DNA of 64,000 nt from an uncultured Gemmatimonadales bacterium. GTDB taxonomy: Bacteria > Gemmatimonadota > Gemmatimonadetes > Longimicrobiales > RSA9. Positions 50,480-60,715 of the stretch are shown here, one piece after another (position 1 is the first letter of the stretch; the number at the start of each line of letters is the position of its first letter). The stretch lies in assembly GCA_963708135.1 (NCBI GenBank), contig OY970192.1, forward strand, positions 4,800,001 through 4,864,000. Direction: 5' to 3'. A program made the translations under genes and the position numbers. The notes under the pieces were generated by a model. It ran no database searches. It was not told the DNA's origin and was given only the letters and a program-made list of their open reading frames with translations.

Positions 50480-50600
50480 CCGGGCACGGACCACCGGCCG
50501 GGCACGGGTCACGGGCACCGGCACGGAAGACGGGCAGAACGAGGCACCGGGGCAGGGGTAGGGGAACGTGGACGTGCACGTGCACGTTGTAGCGGAACGG
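50480..50600 (+). repeat. Degenerate period-6 repeat tract (GGGCAC/GTGCAC-like)
   Basis: gggcac..ggtcac gggcac cggcac..gggcag gggtag gggaac gtggac gtgcac gtgcac. Confidence 0.6.
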
Positions 50601-50751
50601 AGGAGACCCGGCCGCACCGAGCACCGTGGCGACCCCGCCGGCGCGGCCGGCGCGGCCGGCGCGGCGATCCGCTGGCCCGTACCGCGGCTGCGGTCTAGAT
50701 TTGTCATTGTCTCACCACTCAGCTCCCCCATTTCGTCGCACCCCGAGGCTG

Positions 50752-53460
50752 ATGAGCCTTCCAATGGAGCGCCTGGCCGCATCCCTGGCCGACCGCTACC
50801 GCATCGAGCGCGAGCTCGGCGCCGGCGGGATGGCCACGGTCTACCTGGCCGAGGACCTCAAGCACCACCGCAAGGTAGCCATCAAGGTGCTCAAGCCCGA
50901 GCTCGCCGCCGTGCTCGGCGCAGAGCGGTTCATTCAGGAGATCACCACCACCGCCCAGCTCCAGCACCCGAACATCCTGCCGCTCCACGACTCGGGCGAG
51001 GCCGACGGCCTGCTTTACTACGTGATGCCGTACATCGAGGGTGAGACGCTGCGGAACCGGCTCGACCGCGAGACGCAACTCGGCGTGGATGAGGCGGTGG
51101 AGCTCGCGGAGGAGGTGGCCGGGGCGCTGGACTATGCTCACCGGCACGGCGTCGTGCACCGCGACATCAAGCCCGAGAACATCCTGTTGCACGATGGGCG
51201 GCCCATGGTGGCCGATTTCGGGATCGCGCTGGCGGTGAGCGCCGCGGCCGGCGGGCGGATGACCGAGACGGGGCTGTCCCTCGGCACGCCGCACTACATG
51301 AGCCCGGAGCAGGCGACGGGGGAGCATACCATCACCGGCCGCTCCGACATCTACTCGCTGGGCGCGGTCTTGTATGAGATGCTCGCCGGCGACCCGCCGC
51401 ACACCGGCAGAACGGCCCAGCAGATCATCGCGAAGATCGTGACGGAGGAGCCGACACCGGTCGCGCGGCTTCGAAAGAGCGTGCCGGCGAACGTGGCGGC
51501 GGCGGTGGCGACGTCGCTCGAGAAGCTGCCGGCGGACCGGTTCGAGAGCGCCCGCGCCTTCGCGGAGGCCCTCGCCAATCCGGCGTACCGCCATGGAGTC
51601 ATCGAGGCCTCGAGCGGAGCGAGCGCGGCCGCCGTCCGCGGCTGGAAGCGGCTCTCGCTCGCGCTCGCCGGCGCGCTGGTCCTGGCCCTCGCCGGGGCGG
51701 CCTGGGGGTGGCTTCGCCCGCAGCCGGCGGCGCCGCTGGTCCGGTATCGGCTGGGACTCCCCGACGATGCCGCATTCGACGCCGCATTCGACCTTCCGGC
51801 GCCGGCTCCGGACGGCTCCTTCCTCGTATATCCCGGCCCCGACGCGAGCGGGAGCGGCGTACGCCTGTGGCTCAAACGACGCGACAGCGACACGCCGACA
51901 CCGATCGCCGGGACCGACGGCGCACAGAGCTTCGCCATCTCGCCCGACGGCGCCTGGATCGCATTCACCGGCCCCACGTCGGGGCGGCTGCAGCGGGTGC
52001 CGGTGAGCGGCGGCGCACCGGTGGCGATCGCCGACGACGGCGTCGCCCCGGGTGCCGGCGTCGCCTGGCTGGATGACCATACCCTCGTCGCTCTCGACCG
52101 CAGCGCCACGAGCCTGGAGAGCATTCCGGCGACCGGCGGAGCGCCACGCGTCGTCTATCACACCGACTCGGCGCAGGTCTTCCAGCCGGTTGCTCTTCCG
52201 GGCGCCCGCGGCCTGCTGTTCGGGCGCTGCTACTCGTATTGCGCCATCGGGGAGTTGTGGGCGCTCGACCTGCACAGCGGCAAGGCACACCGGATCCTGG
52301 CCGGCGTCAGCGGTTCGTCCGCGTACCTGGCTCCCGGATACGTGGCGTACGATACCCGGGCGGGCGGGCTGTTCGCGGTGCCGTTCGATCTCGGCCGCCT
52401 GCAGGTGCACGGGTCACCCATCCCCATCGCCGACAGCCTGCGCGAGAGCTTCAACGTGGCAAGCAAACCCTTCCACGTCTCACGGTCGGGCACGCTCGTC
52501 ATGGGGCTCGTGTCGGGCCCACGCCCGCGCAACGAGCTGGTGTGGGTGGACCCTGACGGCCGCACCACTCCCGTCGATACGAGCTGGACGTTCGAGCGCA
52601 CGCAGTCGGCAGGCAATCCGGGCTGGGCGCTCTCGCCCGATGGGAAGAGGCTGGCCATCGGCGTGCATACCCCGTCGGGCGACGCCATCTGGGTCAAGCA
52701 GCTCCGGCTGGGGGCGGCGCAGCCGATCAGCAACGACTCCGTCCCCGCCTACCGTCCGCGCTGGACGCGCGACGGCCGCTACATCACCTTCGTGGGAGGC
52801 GACCGCGAGCCGGGGTTCTTCGCGCATCGCGCCGACGGCCTGGGCGCCGACTCGCTGCTCCTGCGCGGATTCTTCAATGAGGGCGCCATCGCACCGGGCG
52901 GCACGCAGTACGTGCTGCGCACCGGCCACCTCGGATCCGGGGCCGGTGGACGCCAGATCATGCGATTCCGCACCGGCGTCAACTCCGTCCCCGTTCCGTT
53001 GATCGATGCCGGCTCCGGGCACGACGCGGAGGCCGCGGCCGTCTCGCCCGACGCGAGGTGGATCGCCTACCAGTCGGACGAGACGGGGCGGCTGGAGGTC
53101 TTCCTCCGTCCGTTCCCCGACGTGAGCGCGGGGAAGTGGCAGGTCTCGCGCTCGGGAGGTGCCGGACCGCTCTGGTCCCGCGACGGCCGCCGCCTCTTCT
53201 ACCTCCGCGACGATGCCACCATGATGGCCGTGCAGGTCGCCGGAAACGCTTCGCCGCAGCTCGGCGACCCCGTGCCCCTGTTCCGCGTGCCCGACAGCCT
53301 GCTACGTGTTGCGCCGCCCGCCAACTACACGCCCTGGGACGTCGCGCCCGACGGCCGTTTCATCATGGTGCGGAACCTGGCCGCCGGCCGCGCCGTGCGT
53401 TCCGAGATCGTCGTGGTCGAGAACTGGCTGCAGCACTGGCGGCGCGGGGTGGAGCGGTGA
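50752..53460 (+). CDS. Ser/Thr kinase, TM helix, PD40/TolB-like beta-propeller
   Basis: Complete kinase motifs (HRDIKPEN, GTPHYMSPEQ); SPDG repeats. Confidence 0.93.
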   Translation: MSLPMERLAASLADRYRIERELGAGGMATVYLAEDLKHHRKVAIKVLKPELAAVLGAERFIQEITTTAQLQHPNILPLHDSGEADGLLYYVMPYIEGETLRNRLDRETQLGVDEAVELAEEVAGALDYAHRHGVVHRDIKPENILLHDGRPMVADFGIALAVSAAAGGRMTETGLSLGTPHYMSPEQATGEHTITGRSDIYSLGAVLYEMLAGDPPHTGRTAQQIIAKIVTEEPTPVARLRKSVPANVAAAVATSLEKLPADRFESARAFAEALANPAYRHGVIEASSGASAAAVRGWKRLSLALAGALVLALAGAAWGWLRPQPAAPLVRYRLGLPDDAAFDAAFDLPAPAPDGSFLVYPGPDASGSGVRLWLKRRDSDTPTPIAGTDGAQSFAISPDGAWIAFTGPTSGRLQRVPVSGGAPVAIADDGVAPGAGVAWLDDHTLVALDRSATSLESIPATGGAPRVVYHTDSAQVFQPVALPGARGLLFGRCYSYCAIGELWALDLHSGKAHRILAGVSGSSAYLAPGYVAYDTRAGGLFAVPFDLGRLQVHGSPIPIADSLRESFNVASKPFHVSRSGTLVMGLVSGPRPRNELVWVDPDGRTTPVDTSWTFERTQSAGNPGWALSPDGKRLAIGVHTPSGDAIWVKQLRLGAAQPISNDSVPAYRPRWTRDGRYITFVGGDREPGFFAHRADGLGADSLLLRGFFNEGAIAPGGTQYVLRTGHLGSGAGGRQIMRFRTGVNSVPVPLIDAGSGHDAEAAAVSPDARWIAYQSDETGRLEVFLRPFPDVSAGKWQVSRSGGAGPLWSRDGRRLFYLRDDATMMAVQVAGNASPQLGDPVPLFRVPDSLLRVAPPANYTPWDVAPDGRFIMVRNLAAGRAVRSEIVVVENWLQHWRRGVER

Positions 53461-53546
53461 GCGCCGAGCGTCTGGCCGCCGCCCTGTGGCCGACCGCTAC
53501 GGCATCGAGCGCGAGCCGGGCGAAGGCGGGATGGCGACCGTGTATC
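53457..53546 (+). pseudogene. 5' stub of another array kinase
   Basis: GTGA overlap; VSAERLAAAL, frameshift, ADRYGIEREPGEGGMATVY, then homology stops. Confidence 0.85.
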
Positions 53547-53598
53547 GGAACGCCAGGCGGCGCTGGCGCGCGTACCGTAAGCCGCTTATGATAGATCC

Positions 53599-53862
53599 AT
53601 GAGCGACATCAAGCGATATCTTGCGGAGATCGGGGCCCGCGGCGGCCGCAAGAGTCGGCGAGTCCTGGACCCGGAGACCGCGCGGGCGATGGTCCGGGTG
53701 CGCGAGGCGCGGCGCGCGTTCCGGCGGTTCCGCGCCACGTGTTTCTGGTCGTACCGGCCGGATCTGGTGATCGGGATCGAGGACGTGCCGTGGGTGGTCG
53801 AGCAGCTGCGGAAGCACGGGAACCGGGAGGCCTGGCGCGTGGCGGCGAGGCTATGCCGCTGA
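53599..53862 (+). CDS. Small protein, probable antitoxin partner of the downstream nucleotidyltransferase
   Basis: 87 aa with CFWSY..VVEQLRKHGN; overlaps next gene; TATGAT -10 box 6 nt upstream and TAAGC-C-GCTTA palindrome. Confidence 0.7.
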   Translation: MSDIKRYLAEIGARGGRKSRRVLDPETARAMVRVREARRAFRRFRATCFWSYRPDLVIGIEDVPWVVEQLRKHGNREAWRVAARLCR

Positions 53863-54480
53863 CGGAGTTTCAGCGCCGGCTGCTGGCGGAGCTGGCGTCG
53901 CCACCGAACGACGAGCGCTATCTGGCGGGCGGCGCGGGGATGCACTTCGCGCCGAACTCGGCCCGCTACAGCGATGACCTCGATTTCTTCCACGATTCCG
54001 AAGCCCGCGTTTCGCATCCGCCTTCGCCGCGGATCGCGATCATCTCGAGCGCGCTGGCTACACGGTGGAAGTCGAGCAGAGTCTTCCCGGGATTCGTCCG
54101 GGCGGGTGCTAGCGCTGGCGGCTCTGTGCTGGGCGGCGGTGGGCAAGGATCCTGGCTTCACGCCGCTTTCGCTGCTGGAGCTGCTGAAGCGGCGGGGCCG
54201 CTACCGGCCGGAGGATTTCGCCCGCCTCCACCTCGCCGAGCCGTTCGAGGTCACGGACGCGAAGCGGACCTGGCTGGCGGCGCTTGCGGAGACGGAGTCG
54301 TTCGTGCGCGAGCGGCCGCCGGAGGAGAGCGGCTGCCTCTACTATTCGACTGAACGCCAGCAGTTCGTGGTGCCGCGAAGCGATGCCAGTTTGGCCGCGC
54401 AACGGGTCGTGCCGCACTTCGGCGCGCCAGGCGGCATGCTGCCCCGGATGGCCGATTCCCGAGTCGAAGGAGCGTCGTGA
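53853..54480 (+). pseudogene. AbiEii/DUF1814-like nucleotidyltransferase, frameshifted and probably internally deleted
   Basis: YLAGGAG..RYSDDLDFF motif; frame changes at about 54010 and 54085-54105; C-terminus in a separate ORF. Confidence 0.7.
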
Positions 54481-57137
54481 TCTCTGCCGCCGAGCGTCTC
54501 TCGGCCGCCCTCGCGGACCGCTACCGCATCGAGCGCGAGCTCGGCGAGGGCGGCATGGCGACCGTGTATCTCGCGCGCGACCTGAAGCACGAGCGCGACG
54601 TCGCCCTCAAGGTGCTTCGGCCGGAGCTCGCCGCGGTCATCGGCGCCGAGCGCTTCCTCGCCGAGATCAGGACCACGGCCAACCTGCAGCACCCGCACAT
54701 CCTGCCGCTCTTCGACTCGGGCGAGGCGAGCTCCTTCCTGTTCTACGTGATGCCGTACGTCGAGGGCGAGTCGCTGCGCGACCGGCTGAATCGGGAGAAG
54801 CAGCTGCCCATCGCGGACGCGCTGCGCATCGCGCTGGGGGTTGCCTCGGCGCTGGACTACGCGCACCGCCACGACGTCGTCCACCGCGACATCAAGCCGG
54901 AGAACATCCTGCTGCACGACGGTCAGCCGCTGGTGGCCGACTTCGGCATCGCGCTGGCGCTGAGCACGGCCGGCGGCACGCGCATGACGGAGACGGGGAT
55001 GAGCGTGGGCACGCCCACGTACATGAGCCCCGAGCAGGCCATGGGCGAGCGCGCCATCGATGCCCGGGCCGACATCTACTCCCTCGGCTGCGTCGTCTAC
55101 GAGATGCTGACGGGTGACCCGCCGTTCACGGGCTCGACCGCACAGGCGATTGCGGCACGCGTGCTCACGGAGCCGCCGCGATCACTGACGAAGCAGCGGC
55201 ACACCGTCCCCGCGCATGTCGAGGCGGCGGTGCTGACGGCGCTGGAGAAGCTGCCGGCGGATCGGTTCGCCACGGCGCAGGCCTTCGCCGATGCGCTCGA
55301 GGGCAAGGCGGGCGCCACGGCGGCCGCGGTGCGCGGGATCGCCGGTGCCGCGCGCCGCTCTGGATGGCGGGGGACGCTGCGGAACCCGGCGGTGTGGGTG
55401 CTGGGCCTCGTCGCCATCGGCTTGTCGGTGGTAGCCTTTCGTGAGCGGACCGCCAACCGGACCGCTGGTGCCGACAGTGTGGTGCGCTTCACCGTGGACC
55501 TCCCCCCTGGCTACGAGCCGGCCATGTACGACGCCGGAGGGCCCGACCTGGCGATCTCTCCGGACGGATCCACGCTGGCCTTCCCCGTGATCGATCCGCG
55601 CGGCGGCCAGCAGTTGTTCGTGCGACGCCTGGCCGAGGCGACCGCCCGGGTGCTCCCGGGCACCGACGGTGGATTCGGGCCGACGTTCTCGGCGGATGGA
55701 GCCCACGTCCTGTTCTATACGGCCGGCCGGCTCGAGAAGGTGGCGCTCAGTGGCGGCGCTCCTCAGCTGGTGGCGAGCAAGCTCCCGGGGGGTGGGCAGA
55801 CCTGGATACCTCACGGGGACATCGTCTTTTCCACCCCCGCATTCCCCGTTCTCATGCGTGTCTCCGCCGCGGGGGGCGAGCCACGCCCCGCGGCAGCCCT
55901 GGACACAGCGCGGGCAGAAAGGGGCCAGTTCTTCCCGCACGCCCTGTCCGATGGTCGCCACGTGCTCTACACGAGTTGGGGCCGCGGATCGACGGAAGAC
56001 GCCCGTATAGGCATCCTGGACCTCTCCACCGGCCGCGCGCGCCGGCTCGACGTGTCCGGCACGTTCCCTCTGGGGATGCTGGACGGGCGGCTCATCTACA
56101 CCGACCAGACCGGCACCGTGCTGGCGGTGCCGCTCGATGTCGCCTCCGGCCGCGTAAGCGGTCAGTCGGTTCCGCTGCTCACCGGTGTGGCGACGTCGGC
56201 CCGCGGCTCGGCCGTGGCCGCGCTCTCGCCAACGGGTACCCTGGCGTACGAGGGAGGCAGTCGGGAGTCGACCCTGGTGCTTGCGAACGCGGCCGGGGCG
56301 ACGCCGCTCCTTCCCGAGGCCCGGCCTTACTCGATGCCGCGCTTTTCCCCGGATGGTAAACGGGTGGCCGTCAGCATTGCGTCGGGCACCTCGTCGGACA
56401 TCTGGCTGGAGGACGTGGTATCCGGGAGCCTGACGCGACTCACCAGCGGCGGCACGGTCAACGAGCGACCCGAGTGGTCGCCCGACGGGACCCGGGTGAT
56501 CTTCCGCACCGTGCGGGGCGGACGCTCGGCCATCTGGTGGCAGCCCGCCAACGGCAGCGGGCCCGCGTCCCCCCTCCTCGCCGACAGTGATGCGGACTAT
56601 TTCGAGGGGGTCATGACGCCCGACGGCCGCAGTCTGGTCTACCAGGTGGACACGGGCGAGTCCGACGTCATGATCCGGCGGCTGGACGGAGGCGACACGG
56701 ACCGCGTCATCGCCGCCACCCCGGCCACCGAATCCCGTCCGCGCGTCTCGCCCGATGGCCGCTGGGTGGCGTACATGACCGATGACGGCGGTGGGCCGCA
56801 GGTGGTCGTTCAGCCGATCTCCGGCTCGGGTGCCAGGGTCCAGGTCTCGGTCCGCGGAGGCAACGAGCCGGTCTGGGCGCCTGACGGCCGCCACCTCTTC
56901 TACCGGAACGACGGCAAGTTCATTGTAGCCGAGGTTTCGGGCACGCCGACATTCCACGTCCTCTCCCGATCCGACTTCATGAACGACACCTACCTGCCGT
57001 CGGCCGTGCCCCACGCGAACTACGACGTCTCGCCGGACGGGAAGAAGCTGCTCGTAGTCGAGGGCGAGCGGCAGCAGCTCATGGTGGTGCACGACTGGGC
57101 CGCGGAGGAGAGGGCGAAGCTGAAGGAGGTCAACTGA
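54477..57137 (+). CDS. Ser/Thr kinase, TM helix, PD40/TolB-like beta-propeller
   Basis: Complete kinase motifs; GTGA overlap; SPDG repeats. Confidence 0.93.
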   Translation: MISAAERLSAALADRYRIERELGEGGMATVYLARDLKHERDVALKVLRPELAAVIGAERFLAEIRTTANLQHPHILPLFDSGEASSFLFYVMPYVEGESLRDRLNREKQLPIADALRIALGVASALDYAHRHDVVHRDIKPENILLHDGQPLVADFGIALALSTAGGTRMTETGMSVGTPTYMSPEQAMGERAIDARADIYSLGCVVYEMLTGDPPFTGSTAQAIAARVLTEPPRSLTKQRHTVPAHVEAAVLTALEKLPADRFATAQAFADALEGKAGATAAAVRGIAGAARRSGWRGTLRNPAVWVLGLVAIGLSVVAFRERTANRTAGADSVVRFTVDLPPGYEPAMYDAGGPDLAISPDGSTLAFPVIDPRGGQQLFVRRLAEATARVLPGTDGGFGPTFSADGAHVLFYTAGRLEKVALSGGAPQLVASKLPGGGQTWIPHGDIVFSTPAFPVLMRVSAAGGEPRPAAALDTARAERGQFFPHALSDGRHVLYTSWGRGSTEDARIGILDLSTGRARRLDVSGTFPLGMLDGRLIYTDQTGTVLAVPLDVASGRVSGQSVPLLTGVATSARGSAVAALSPTGTLAYEGGSRESTLVLANAAGATPLLPEARPYSMPRFSPDGKRVAVSIASGTSSDIWLEDVVSGSLTRLTSGGTVNERPEWSPDGTRVIFRTVRGGRSAIWWQPANGSGPASPLLADSDADYFEGVMTPDGRSLVYQVDTGESDVMIRRLDGGDTDRVIAATPATESRPRVSPDGRWVAYMTDDGGGPQVVVQPISGSGARVQVSVRGGNEPVWAPDGRHLFYRNDGKFIVAEVSGTPTFHVLSRSDFMNDTYLPSAVPHANYDVSPDGKKLLVVEGERQQLMVVHDWAAEERAKLKEVN

Positions 57138-57140
57138 ATC

Positions 57141-58115
57141 ATGCCACCGGACGCCGTTCGACCGATCACCCTGGACGAGATCCGTGAAGCGCGCGCGCGC
57201 ATCGCGGACGTCGTCGTGCGCACGCCGCTGATCCGGCTGGAGCTCGGCCCCGACCAGCCCGACATCCGGCTGAAGCTCGAGAACCTCCAGCCGATCAACG
57301 CCTACAAGCTGCGCGGCGCGGTCAACGCCGTGGCCATGCTCCCCGAGGCGGCGCGCGCGCGCGGCGTGTGGACGATCAGCGCGGGCAACGCGGGACAGGG
57401 CGTCGCGTACGCGGCGAGGAGCGCCGGCGTGCCGTGCACCGTGGTGGCCATCGAGACGGCACCCACGTCGAAGATGGAGCGGATGCGGGCGCTCGGAGCG
57501 CGCATCGTCCCGGTGCCATACGACGTCGCCTGGAAGGCGCTCGAGGCCCGCGAGTACCCGGGGATCGACGGCACCTTCGTGCACCCGTTCGACGACCACG
57601 ACTTCATTGCCGGCCATGCGACGATGGGCCTGGAGATCCTGGAGGATGCGCCGGACACGGCCGCCGTCGTCGCCGCGATCGGCGGAGGCGGGCTCGTCAC
57701 GGCGCTCGGGAGCGCGCTCAAGGCGCTCCAGCCGGGCATCGAGGTGTGGGGTGCCGAGCCGGAGACGGCCGCTCCCGCGGCACGCTCGTTCGCCGTGGGA
57801 TCGCCCCAGGTGTTCGACGCGTGGGAGCCATCGTTCGTGGACGGTGCCGGTGGCCAGAGCGTGTTCCCCCGCATGTGGGAGCGCATGCGCCCTGTGGTGG
57901 ACGGCTCGATCGTGGTCACGCTGGAGGAGACGCGCCGCGCCATGCGACTGATGGCGGAGAAGGCACGCATCATCTCGGAGGGCGCGGGCGCGTTGCCCCT
58001 TGCCGCCGCCCTGACCGGGAAGGCGGGCCCCGGCCCGATCGTGGCGGTCGTCTCGGGTGGCAACATCGACCTCGGGAAGTTCTGCGAGCTCATCCGGGAC
58101 GCCTCCGCCCCGTGA
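57141..58115 (+). CDS. PLP-dependent threonine/serine dehydratase family enzyme
   Basis: KLENLQPINAYKLRG, SAGNAGQG, IGGGGL, SGGNID. Confidence 0.92.
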   Translation: MPPDAVRPITLDEIREARARIADVVVRTPLIRLELGPDQPDIRLKLENLQPINAYKLRGAVNAVAMLPEAARARGVWTISAGNAGQGVAYAARSAGVPCTVVAIETAPTSKMERMRALGARIVPVPYDVAWKALEAREYPGIDGTFVHPFDDHDFIAGHATMGLEILEDAPDTAAVVAAIGGGGLVTALGSALKALQPGIEVWGAEPETAAPAARSFAVGSPQVFDAWEPSFVDGAGGQSVFPRMWERMRPVVDGSIVVTLEETRRAMRLMAEKARIISEGAGALPLAAALTGKAGPGPIVAVVSGGNIDLGKFCELIRDASAP

Positions 58116-58167
58116 GCGGCCCCGACCGAGCTCCCGCCCGCACACCGGAGTGTCCATCCTGGCCGAC

Positions 58168-59748
58168 ATGTCCCCCTCCGTAGCCCGGCTCCGCGCGGCC
58201 GCGTGCGTGGCCCTGCTCTGCTGCGTCGCCCGGCCCCTCTCCGCCCAATCGGCGCGGCCCATGACGATTCCGGCGCTGGGCACCATCACGTTCCCCACCT
58301 CCACGCGCACCGCGGCGGCGGAGAGCACCTTCGTGCGCGGCGTGCTGCTGCTGCACGTCTTCGAGTACGCCGACGCCGCCGCGGCTTTCCGCGCCGCACA
58401 GAAGCTCGACCCCCACATGGCAATGGCCTCCTGGGGCGAGGCCATGACCCACGACCACCCGGTGTGGGACGAGGAGGATCCGGCCGCCGCGCGCGCGGCG
58501 CTCGCGAAGTACGCCCCGACGGCCGCCGCCCGCGAGGCCAGGGCGCCGACTGCTCGCGAGCGTGCCTACCTCCACGCGGTGGACCTCCTGTTCGGCACGG
58601 GAGCCAAGGCGGAGCGGGATACGGTCTACTCGCGGGCGATGAAAGCGGTACTCGATGCCTATCCAGGCGACGACGAGGCCCGCGCCTTCTACGCGCTCTC
58701 CCTCCTCGGGCTGAGCCAGGGCGTGCGCAATGTGCCGACCTATCTCCGCGCCGCGGCGATCGCTGAGAGCGTGTTCGTGCGCAACCCGCACCACCCCGGC
58801 GCCGCGCACTATTGGATCCACGGCATGGACGACCCCGAGCACGCCGCGGCGGCGCTGCCCGCGGCGCGGGCGCTCTCCCGGATCGCCCCCGACGCCGCGC
58901 ACGCGCAGCACATGACTTCCCACATCTTCATGGCCCTCGGGATGTGGGATGACGTCGTGCGCGCGAACGAGAACGCCACGCGCGTCGTGGACGAGGGTCT
59001 TGCCGCGCGCGGGCGCGGCGCTTCATTCTGCGGCCACTACAACTTCTGGCTCGAGTACGGCTACCTGCAGCTGGAGCGCACCGGCGATGCGCGGACGCTG
59101 ATGCAGAAGTGCAGGGCCCAGGCCACGCCTGCCATGCGCGACGAGCGCGACCCCGACAACTCGACGATCGGCTCGGCCGTCCAGATGTGGTCCCGCTACC
59201 TCATCGACACCGGGGACTGGTCCGGGCAGGACGCGCGCTGGACGCCCGAGTTCGGCAAGGCGGAGTCGGCGCGCAACGAATGGGAGTTCGCGCGCGGCTT
59301 CGCCGCGGCCAGACGCGGTGACCTCGCGACCCTGCGCGACGCCATGGCGGGCTTCCGGGCCGGCCGCGCGCACCTGCTCTCGGAGATCGCGGCCAAGCCG
59401 AAGCCCGATCCGGACGACGTGGAGTACCGTTCCCGGCTCGAGGTGCTCAGCCTGGAGCTCGAGGCCGCGGCCCGCCTGGCGGCAACGCCGGCGGAGGTTG
59501 ACTCGGCCGTCGTGCTGCTGCGCCGCGCTACGCGCGTCGAGGACTCGATGGCGTTCGCCTTCGGCCCGCCCACCGTGGACGAGCCGTCGCACGAGATGCT
59601 CGGCGACGTGCTGCTCCGCATGCGCCGGTTTTCCGAGGCCACGCGCGAGTTCGAGGACGCGCTCCGGCGCGCGCCGGGACGCGCGAGCGCCCGACGCGGC
59701 CTCCAGCAGGCGCGGGCGGGGATGAAGCGCGGCGACGCGTCGCCTTAG
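58168..59748 (+). CDS. Secreted TPR-repeat protein with His-rich motifs
   Basis: Signal peptide; LDPHMAMASWG, HPGAAHYWIH, HAQHMTSHIF. Confidence 0.8.
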   Translation: MSPSVARLRAAACVALLCCVARPLSAQSARPMTIPALGTITFPTSTRTAAAESTFVRGVLLLHVFEYADAAAAFRAAQKLDPHMAMASWGEAMTHDHPVWDEEDPAAARAALAKYAPTAAAREARAPTARERAYLHAVDLLFGTGAKAERDTVYSRAMKAVLDAYPGDDEARAFYALSLLGLSQGVRNVPTYLRAAAIAESVFVRNPHHPGAAHYWIHGMDDPEHAAAALPAARALSRIAPDAAHAQHMTSHIFMALGMWDDVVRANENATRVVDEGLAARGRGASFCGHYNFWLEYGYLQLERTGDARTLMQKCRAQATPAMRDERDPDNSTIGSAVQMWSRYLIDTGDWSGQDARWTPEFGKAESARNEWEFARGFAAARRGDLATLRDAMAGFRAGRAHLLSEIAAKPKPDPDDVEYRSRLEVLSLELEAAARLAATPAEVDSAVVLLRRATRVEDSMAFAFGPPTVDEPSHEMLGDVLLRMRRFSEATREFEDALRRAPGRASARRGLQQARAGMKRGDASP

Positions 59749-59776
59749 AGATCTTTCACCTTCGAATTGGAGTCCC

Positions 59777-60715
59777 ATGAACCAGTCCGATCACGCTCCC
59801 CTGGTCGCCATCGCAATGCTCGCCGCCCGGGCGGATGGCCAGACCGACTCCGCAGAGCAGGCGGCCATCCACGACGTCGTCGAGCGGATCGGTGCCGCGG
59901 ACGTCAGCCAGCTCGCCGCGCAGGTGAGCGCCGGAACGCTTCGGGTCACCGACCTGGCCGGCCGACTCTCAGACGACGGAGCACGGCGCGCGGCGTACAC
60001 GACGGCGCTGGCCGTCTGCCACGCGGATGGCTCGGCCAATCCCGACGAGCGAAAGTTCCTCGATGAGCTGCGCGACGCGCTCGGACTGGACGCGGTCGCC
60101 GCCGCGGAGCTGGACCGGACCGCCGGCGGGCTGTCCGCCGCCCCGAGCATGGAAACGGACGGCGCGGCCGCAAAGGCGGGCGCGTCGGACACGGGCGGCG
60201 CCGGGCTCGAGGATTTCATCCTCGACCAGGCGATTCTCACCGGCGCCCTCGAGGTGCTCCCGGACCACCTGGCGAACATCGCGATCCTGCCGCTTCAGAT
60301 GCGCATGGTCTATCAGATCGGTCAGCGCCATGGTCAGCAGCTGGACCTGAGCCAGGCGAAGGACCTCGCGGCCACCCTCGGGCTCGGCGCCGCCGCCCAG
60401 GCGGTAGAGGGCGTCGCGATCAAGCTGCTGGGCGGCCTCGCCGGCGGACTGCTCGGCGGACTCATCGGCGGGGCGACGAGGGTCGCGACCGGAGCGGCGA
60501 TCACCTTTGCCGCGACGTACGCGCTCGGTCACGTCGCCGATCGGTACTACGCGCAGGGGCGTAAGCTCAGCGCCGCGGACCTCCAAGCCCAGTTCGCGAA
60601 CTTCAAGGACGAGGCCCACACGATCTATCCACGGGTCGAGCAGGAAATCCGCGCGCGCTCGAAGACGCTCGATCTCGGGAGCCTGACGCGGTCTCTGGGC
60701 GGCAGGCCATCCTGA
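59777..60715 (+). CDS. TerB-like domain plus DUF697-like domain protein
   Basis: ARADG..E and CHADG..ER motifs; ILPLQMRMVYQIG, Gly-rich helix, FAATYALG. Confidence 0.75.
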   Translation: MNQSDHAPLVAIAMLAARADGQTDSAEQAAIHDVVERIGAADVSQLAAQVSAGTLRVTDLAGRLSDDGARRAAYTTALAVCHADGSANPDERKFLDELRDALGLDAVAAAELDRTAGGLSAAPSMETDGAAAKAGASDTGGAGLEDFILDQAILTGALEVLPDHLANIAILPLQMRMVYQIGQRHGQQLDLSQAKDLAATLGLGAAAQAVEGVAIKLLGGLAGGLLGGLIGGATRVATGAAITFAATYALGHVADRYYAQGRKLSAADLQAQFANFKDEAHTIYPRVEQEIRARSKTLDLGSLTRSLGGRPS

